64,000 nt of DNA from the NCBI GenBank assembly GCA_038128265.1, contig JAYPJE010000007.1, positions 1 through 64,000 of the forward strand, given 5' to 3'. This stretch comes from Gemmatimonadota bacterium. GTDB taxonomy: Bacteria; Latescibacterota; UBA2968; UBA8231. The notes under the pieces are model-generated. The model worked only from the letters and a program-made list of their open reading frames with translations. It had not been told where the DNA came from and searched no databases. The position numbers and the translations under genes were made by a program. Position 1 is the stretch's first letter, and each line of letters starts with the position of its first letter. This document shows positions 59,054 to 64,000 of the stretch, in pieces.

Positions 59054-59151
59054 GGCCCCCTAAGTAGATGTATCAACCGCTCAATGCCTTGGCTTTAGTC
59101 GTGCACCGTGCGCGGAGATGGCCGTTGGCATTTTTCTTCAAGGAGAAGAAT

Positions 59152-60084
59152 ATGAGGAAGCTGAGCATTGCTGTAGCTGCAGTGGTCGGTTTGGCCGGTG
59201 CCTCTTTCGCCCAGGGCGATAGGGTATTCGACCTTCCGAAGCTTACCCAGGCGCCCGTTCTCGACGGTGTCATTGATGGCGACGAGTGGAACGGTGCCCT
59301 CGAGCTCGACTGTTCTCCGTCGCGCGTTCAGGCCGACGGGGCCGAGTATGGCTGGCGCGATATCGAAGCCCAGCAGAGCGAAGTTAGTGTTAACCAGCTG
59401 GTGCAGTCCGATGGCGAAGATGCCGCGATTGCCCGCACCGACGCTGACTTCAACTCGCGTATTTGGCAGGCTTGGGATGACGACGGCCTGTGGGTCGTGA
59501 CCGCCGCCGCTGACAACGTCCATGACGTTGAGGGTGGTGACCGCGGTTGGGCCTGGTGGGAGCGCGATAGCCTCTCCCTCTACGTTGACCTGCTCAACGA
59601 AAAGGAAGAGTCGGTGCTCAACGGTGAGTACACGGCCTTGAACATCATCAACTTCCAGGCCCGTCCGCTCGAGTCGAGCCCCTACACCGTTTCGTGGGCC
59701 CGCACGGTTGAAAACGCGCGTTCCGACGAAGATGGTAACGATCCTGACCTCGTCGCCGGTTTTCTCAACGGCTACCGCGACGCGGGTGATGAGCTTGGTG
59801 GCGGAGCGGACTACGTCCTCGAGATGTTCATTCCCTGGGACAACCTGCTCCGTTTCAACCTGCCGGCCACGCCGGTCGTAGGTACCGAGATGGGTTTCTC
59901 CTGGTTGCCGCCGGACCCCGATGGCGATGACGCCTACGGCGGTCAGCTGCAGTGCTGGGGCTGGGCTGATGACCCCTCCAACTACTCCACTTGGGTCTTC
60001 TCTGATACGCCGGCGGGTCCCGCTGGTGGCAGCACGGCTGTCGAGAGCGATTCGTGGGGTCGTATCAAGACGACGTTTCAGTAG
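59152..60084 (+). CDS. Secreted CBM9/DOMON-like sugar-binding protein with C-terminal TAVESDSWGRIK tail
   Basis: AAGGAG RBS, signal peptide, APVLDGVIDGDEW, AWDDDGLW, WERDSLSLYVD, YVLEMFIPW. Confidence 0.75.
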   Translation: MRKLSIAVAAVVGLAGASFAQGDRVFDLPKLTQAPVLDGVIDGDEWNGALELDCSPSRVQADGAEYGWRDIEAQQSEVSVNQLVQSDGEDAAIARTDADFNSRIWQAWDDDGLWVVTAAADNVHDVEGGDRGWAWWERDSLSLYVDLLNEKEESVLNGEYTALNIINFQARPLESSPYTVSWARTVENARSDEDGNDPDLVAGFLNGYRDAGDELGGGADYVLEMFIPWDNLLRFNLPATPVVGTEMGFSWLPPDPDGDDAYGGQLQCWGWADDPSNYSTWVFSDTPAGPAGGSTAVESDSWGRIKTTFQ

Positions 60085-60121
60085 GACTGGGCTTTATAGC
60101 CTGATGTAACGGTCGTATTGT

Positions 60122-60164
60122 TAGGTTTCATGCCGGGGAAGCTATTTCCTCGGCATGAAACCTA
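60122..60164 (+). terminator. Long intergenic hairpin (terminator or mRNA stabiliser)
   Basis: TAGGTTTCATGCCG-GGGAA-gcta-TTTCCT-CGGCATGAAACCTA, followed by tacgggttttcctattt. Confidence 0.65.
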
Positions 60165-60240
60165 TACGGGTTTTCCTATTTCACTTCACATTGAGTGCGC
60201 GCCTCACGGGGTGTGCGCCGAGGATGACGGGGAGCCAACG

Positions 60241-63200
60241 GTGAAAACACCCCCAAAGGTGAATATTAGCCAAAAAGCACGGTTCTTGGCGTTGGTTGGC
60301 CTTTTGACACTTGCCACCCAGGTCGATGCGCAGCGCCATCCGGAATCGCAGGGTCCCTTGCCCTATTATCGCGATGAACCGGGCGTTCTGCCGGAGCCCG
60401 AATGGCTGCATCGTCCCGAATTCATCCGCGGACCGCGCGATCGCTATGAGCGCGGTGCCAATCGTCTTTTTTTGGCCACCGGCGACGACATTCCCTATCT
60501 GAACTACGCCGAAGAGCGTTTTATTCTCTCGCAGCGAGAGCTGATTCCCTGGTTTCAGCCCAAGGGCCGTCCCTGGAAGTTCCGCAATACGCGCTGGGAC
60601 CGCATGGGCAATTATATGGGATCCCCCTCGAGCACCTCTTCGCCGGCCAGCGGTTATTTGCGGCTGTTTTCTTGGGAAGAGACTCGCAGCGACGACAACG
60701 GTTTAGGGCGCAGTTTTATCGACCATCGCTCGCCTTCGCCGTGGGGGCCACCTGCCGGATATAACGACGCCACTCTGCGCATAGGTCACTACAACTACAA
60801 GGATTTACACTGGACGGCTACCGTCGGTCAGAGTGTGCGCAGCTATTTTACGCCGCTCACGCTGGCACAAAGCCACCTCTCCGTTGCGCGCTTGGACTTC
60901 GACAATAAGTTCGGCAAAGATCGCGCCACAATCCTGCTCAACAGGGGGCGAACGCGCCCAGGTGGTCTTTTCTCCGAATGGGCTTCGGTCGGTGGAGAGA
61001 CTGAAGACGCCAATCCAGTCCTCATGTACGGCCTGCATTACAAGCATCGATTTGGCCGCTACGCCCAGTTCGGAACGACGGTCCTCAACCAGATTTTGAA
61101 CCAGCCCGGATCCGGCAGCAGCAGCCCCCTTAAGGGAGATCTTCCCTACGACATGCTCGGTCCGCGCGTTATTCGCGTATTTATTGGCGACGACTCTCCC
61201 AAAGAAACCCTGCACAATGCCAAGGTCTACGGCGTTGACATCGTCGTTCGCGGCACTCGCGAAGACCAGTCGGTGACTCTAAGCAACAGACAGGGAGAAT
61301 TTTACGACCCGAGCCTAGAGCCCGTAATAGTGGGGGGGCGGTTGTTGAGTGGAGAGGGGCGCGAGGCTGTAGGCCGTGAAACGGTCATCTACGAGTTCAC
61401 TATCCCGAGTGATATAACTGCGACGTCGGCCCGTTTCTTTGCCGATGTTTCTGACGACTACCGCATTGGCGTTCGCCAGATCTACGATTTTCCCGGGATT
61501 AACCGCTCGGGTGAGCTCGATCTGGAAGAACGGGTATGGCCCGACGACTTTGTCGTTACCGAAGCCGTTACGCGCCGCCCCTTCAAATGGGATATTGGGG
61601 AGGGAGAAGAGCCCTACTACACGGTGGCCCGTTCGGATGGCATTGGGAAAAACGGATCAAACCGGCGGGTTGTGCAGTTTGATCACGGGATGCCCACGGG
61701 GCAGAACCTGTTCTCGTTTGACGCACAGGCCAATCTAGTCGGCCTGAAATTCAGCGGTGAAATTGTTCGTAACAACCAGAACTTCATCTACCCAGTAGGA
61801 AGCAACGACGGTCGACGGACGACGCACAAGGCGCTGGCCTATTGGCTCAACGTCAAAAAAGACATTGGGATCGCCAAGCGTTTGGGTGCGCAACTGGGTG
61901 CTGAAGTTTTTCGCTTAGATCCCAACTACAGCGGAGGTTATGACAGCCAGCGGGGCGGCATGGCCTTTCACTTGGATTCGCAGGACAAGCCGGGTGCTCG
62001 TGTGAAGTCGGATACGCAAGAGTATGGGCTGGTTGAAGATAACGACGACGACGATCAGTGGCCCGATGACTTTGTAGAGGATACGGCCTCGCCTGGACGC
62101 CTTTCCTATCCCGGTTGGCCCAACGCATCCGTATACCCCGGCCTGGACGAAAACCTCGACAACATCCCCGACGTTGACCGAAACGAGAACTTCGTACCCG
62201 ATTGGGACGAGGCATTTCTCACGTACGATGTCGACCCGCCAGAATTCGTCTACGGCATTGATTTCAACAACAACGGGATGCCGGACTTTCGCGAGAACGA
62301 CGACTTGCCCGACTATCCCTATCGCCGAGATCAAAAGGGGCAGCACTTCTTCCTTCTGCTGGATCGATTGGGCGGCTGGGGCAATTCGATTTCTGCGGGC
62401 TATTACAAGTCGAACGAAATAGCTGGCGGGACGGAATCCAAGAGCATGTACCTGCGCTACGCTCTCGAGAAGGAGCGCGATGGTGTGGGCAGTTTGCAGA
62501 TTAACTTCGATACCAAAATCGTCGAAGACAATATCCAAGACGACAGCTACGTCTATATCGTCCCACCCAACGACGACGACGTTATTCCCTGGCTCAACAA
62601 GCCGGACCACCACCCCGACGTTGCCGGACGCTACCGCCCGGCAACCCCCGATCCGCTGCGGATGCGCGCTAGCTGGGTAAACACCGCGTATATCGACGTA
62701 GCTTACATAAAACTTGCCAATATGCGTATTCACAATGCGCTGCTGTGGACGCGCAATAGCATGGCTGAAATTCCCCTTGAAGGGGGAGCAGAGGGCGAGT
62801 TGTTGCAGGCCGAAGACGTGCGCTCTCGCCTCATTTTAATCAACAAGGTCGATCGAACCTGGCTGCTTAAATCGATCGCGCTTTCGACGAAGTTCAAACA
62901 CCGCCTGATTTACGAAAACATCGATAGCGAAGAAAATCCGCGCACTTCGGCGTCCGACTTTATTCCCATTGTGATGGGCGAGTATGCGCTAACCCCAAAA
63001 ACTCGCTTGGTGTTGGGCGCTCAGGGCATGCCTTTCCTGCCGATGAAGCACTGGGACCGGGCCAACAAAGACGGCACGTATTCTCAAACAGACTACGCCT
63101 TCATGTATAAGATGCGCTCGGAATACTTTGGTTTCGAAAACGACTTCTTCTTCGGCTATTTGCTCACGGATAGGGAGTATACTCGATTGCGCGACCGCGA

Positions 63201-63246
63201 CTTTAACCGCGGAACGTTTTTCGTCGAAGTCATAACGCCATTCTAA
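60241..63246 (+). CDS. Large (about 1000 aa) exported protein, probable outer-membrane beta-barrel with acidic Ca-binding loops
   Basis: GGGGAG RBS before GTG, signal peptide, amphipathic strands, terminal Phe, DNDDDDQWPD, DENLDNIPD and DFNNNGMPD motifs. Confidence 0.6.
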   Translation: MKTPPKVNISQKARFLALVGLLTLATQVDAQRHPESQGPLPYYRDEPGVLPEPEWLHRPEFIRGPRDRYERGANRLFLATGDDIPYLNYAEERFILSQRELIPWFQPKGRPWKFRNTRWDRMGNYMGSPSSTSSPASGYLRLFSWEETRSDDNGLGRSFIDHRSPSPWGPPAGYNDATLRIGHYNYKDLHWTATVGQSVRSYFTPLTLAQSHLSVARLDFDNKFGKDRATILLNRGRTRPGGLFSEWASVGGETEDANPVLMYGLHYKHRFGRYAQFGTTVLNQILNQPGSGSSSPLKGDLPYDMLGPRVIRVFIGDDSPKETLHNAKVYGVDIVVRGTREDQSVTLSNRQGEFYDPSLEPVIVGGRLLSGEGREAVGRETVIYEFTIPSDITATSARFFADVSDDYRIGVRQIYDFPGINRSGELDLEERVWPDDFVVTEAVTRRPFKWDIGEGEEPYYTVARSDGIGKNGSNRRVVQFDHGMPTGQNLFSFDAQANLVGLKFSGEIVRNNQNFIYPVGSNDGRRTTHKALAYWLNVKKDIGIAKRLGAQLGAEVFRLDPNYSGGYDSQRGGMAFHLDSQDKPGARVKSDTQEYGLVEDNDDDDQWPDDFVEDTASPGRLSYPGWPNASVYPGLDENLDNIPDVDRNENFVPDWDEAFLTYDVDPPEFVYGIDFNNNGMPDFRENDDLPDYPYRRDQKGQHFFLLLDRLGGWGNSISAGYYKSNEIAGGTESKSMYLRYALEKERDGVGSLQINFDTKIVEDNIQDDSYVYIVPPNDDDVIPWLNKPDHHPDVAGRYRPATPDPLRMRASWVNTAYIDVAYIKLANMRIHNALLWTRNSMAEIPLEGGAEGELLQAEDVRSRLILINKVDRTWLLKSIALSTKFKHRLIYENIDSEENPRTSASDFIPIVMGEYALTPKTRLVLGAQGMPFLPMKHWDRANKDGTYSQTDYAFMYKMRSEYFGFENDFFFGYLLTDREYTRLRDRDFNRGTFFVEVITPF

Positions 63247-63248
63247 TC

Positions 63249-64000
63249 ATGGTGAATGCAATGCCATTGCTGAACTATACTGGCATACTCGCGGCCTTGG
63301 TGGTTGCGGGATGCTCGCTTCCACCGCAGCCGGTCCTGAAGTACCAGGTGCAGGCTACGCCCATTATTCCCTCGGGTGAATCGGTTTTTTACCAAGACCC
63401 GGTGGACAGCACCATCGTTTGGAGCAAAGAGGGGCTGCAGCTCAAGGTTAGGTTTTACAACGACGAAATGCTGGATGCTCGTTTTGACCCCAAAGTCAGC
63501 CCCTATACGCTTACCGGCTGGAGCGATCCGGTTTTGGGCTATACGCCGCCCCTGTGGACGACCTTTGAGATCACGGTGATAAACCGCACGCGCGAACGCG
63601 TGGAACTCGATCCTACGCAGGCTATACTGCGGCTTGATAATGGGAACCATCTCTATTGCCGTCAGGGCGTCGGCGTGTGGAAGACGCTGCCTCACTACTA
63701 CGACTACAGCTATCTAAAGTGGAGTGGCCGCGAGGGCAACGTCGAGTTCTATGCCAACACCGACCGCAACGCCATCTGGAATCGCACGGCGTTTCAGCGC
63801 GAAAAACCCGTTCGCAAAGGTCGAAAATATACCGGCATGCTGACCTTTCCCCGCCTGCCCAACGACGTTGAGTCGTTTACCTTGGAAATCAACGACTTCA
63901 TCCTGGCCTATGACAGCGCCGAGGCTGGGTTTGGAAATCCAATAGAGTTCACTGATATACACTTTGACTTTACCGTGAAGCAGGGGGTAGTCACCGTGGA
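63249..64000 (+). CDS. Lipoprotein, truncated by the window end (absent from the ORF track)
   Basis: Manual translation MVNAMPLLNYTGILAALVVAGCSLPPQP... with lipobox VAGC. Frame is open to base 64000. Confidence 0.75.
   Translation, partial: MVNAMPLLNYTGILAALVVAGCSLPPQPVLKYQVQATPIIPSGESVFYQDPVDSTIVWSKEGLQLKVRFYNDEMLDARFDPKVSPYTLTGWSDPVLGYTPPLWTTFEITVINRTRERVELDPTQAILRLDNGNHLYCRQGVGVWKTLPHYYDYSYLKWSGREGNVEFYANTDRNAIWNRTAFQREKPVRKGRKYTGMLTFPRLPNDVESFTLEINDFILAYDSAEAGFGNPIEFTDIHFDFTVKQGVVTV

Noticed and set aside
60118..60240. Track start at 60118 for the 1042-aa ORF
   Set aside because: It runs through the intergenic hairpin. GTG 60241 has an RBS and leads into a signal peptide.

Overview
Chromosomal window from a GC-rich (about 60% by eye) diderm bacterium. 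The gene content (short Bacteroidota-type RpoD, several CRTAC1/ASPIC-UnbV proteins, DUF4159, a secreted protein ending TAVESDSWGRIK) suggests an FCB-related lineage such as Ca. Latescibacterota; this is inference. The main feature is a 20 kb translationally coupled run (1-19823) of a GT4 glycosyltransferase and nine diverged TMTC-like (GT-C fold plus TPR) genes, with an AsnB-type amidotransferase between copies 2 and 3. It is followed by lepA-lepB-hemW, an SLBB polysaccharide exporter and Wzz-like gene, a FlgM-like small ORF, tRNA-Tyr, a sigma-70 gene and metabolic genes (mdh, alr, argG, sulfatase and others). The right third holds an atypical ExbB/ExbD-like four-gene operon, a TPR/FG-GAP/HEAT/DUF4159 envelope cluster, and a CBM9-like protein, 1000-aa outer-membrane protein and lipoprotein module that runs off the window end. 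No CRISPR array, rRNA, transposase or integrase was seen. Family calls rest on motif recognition by eye, no searches were run, and many starts were moved from the ORF track to more plausible codons.
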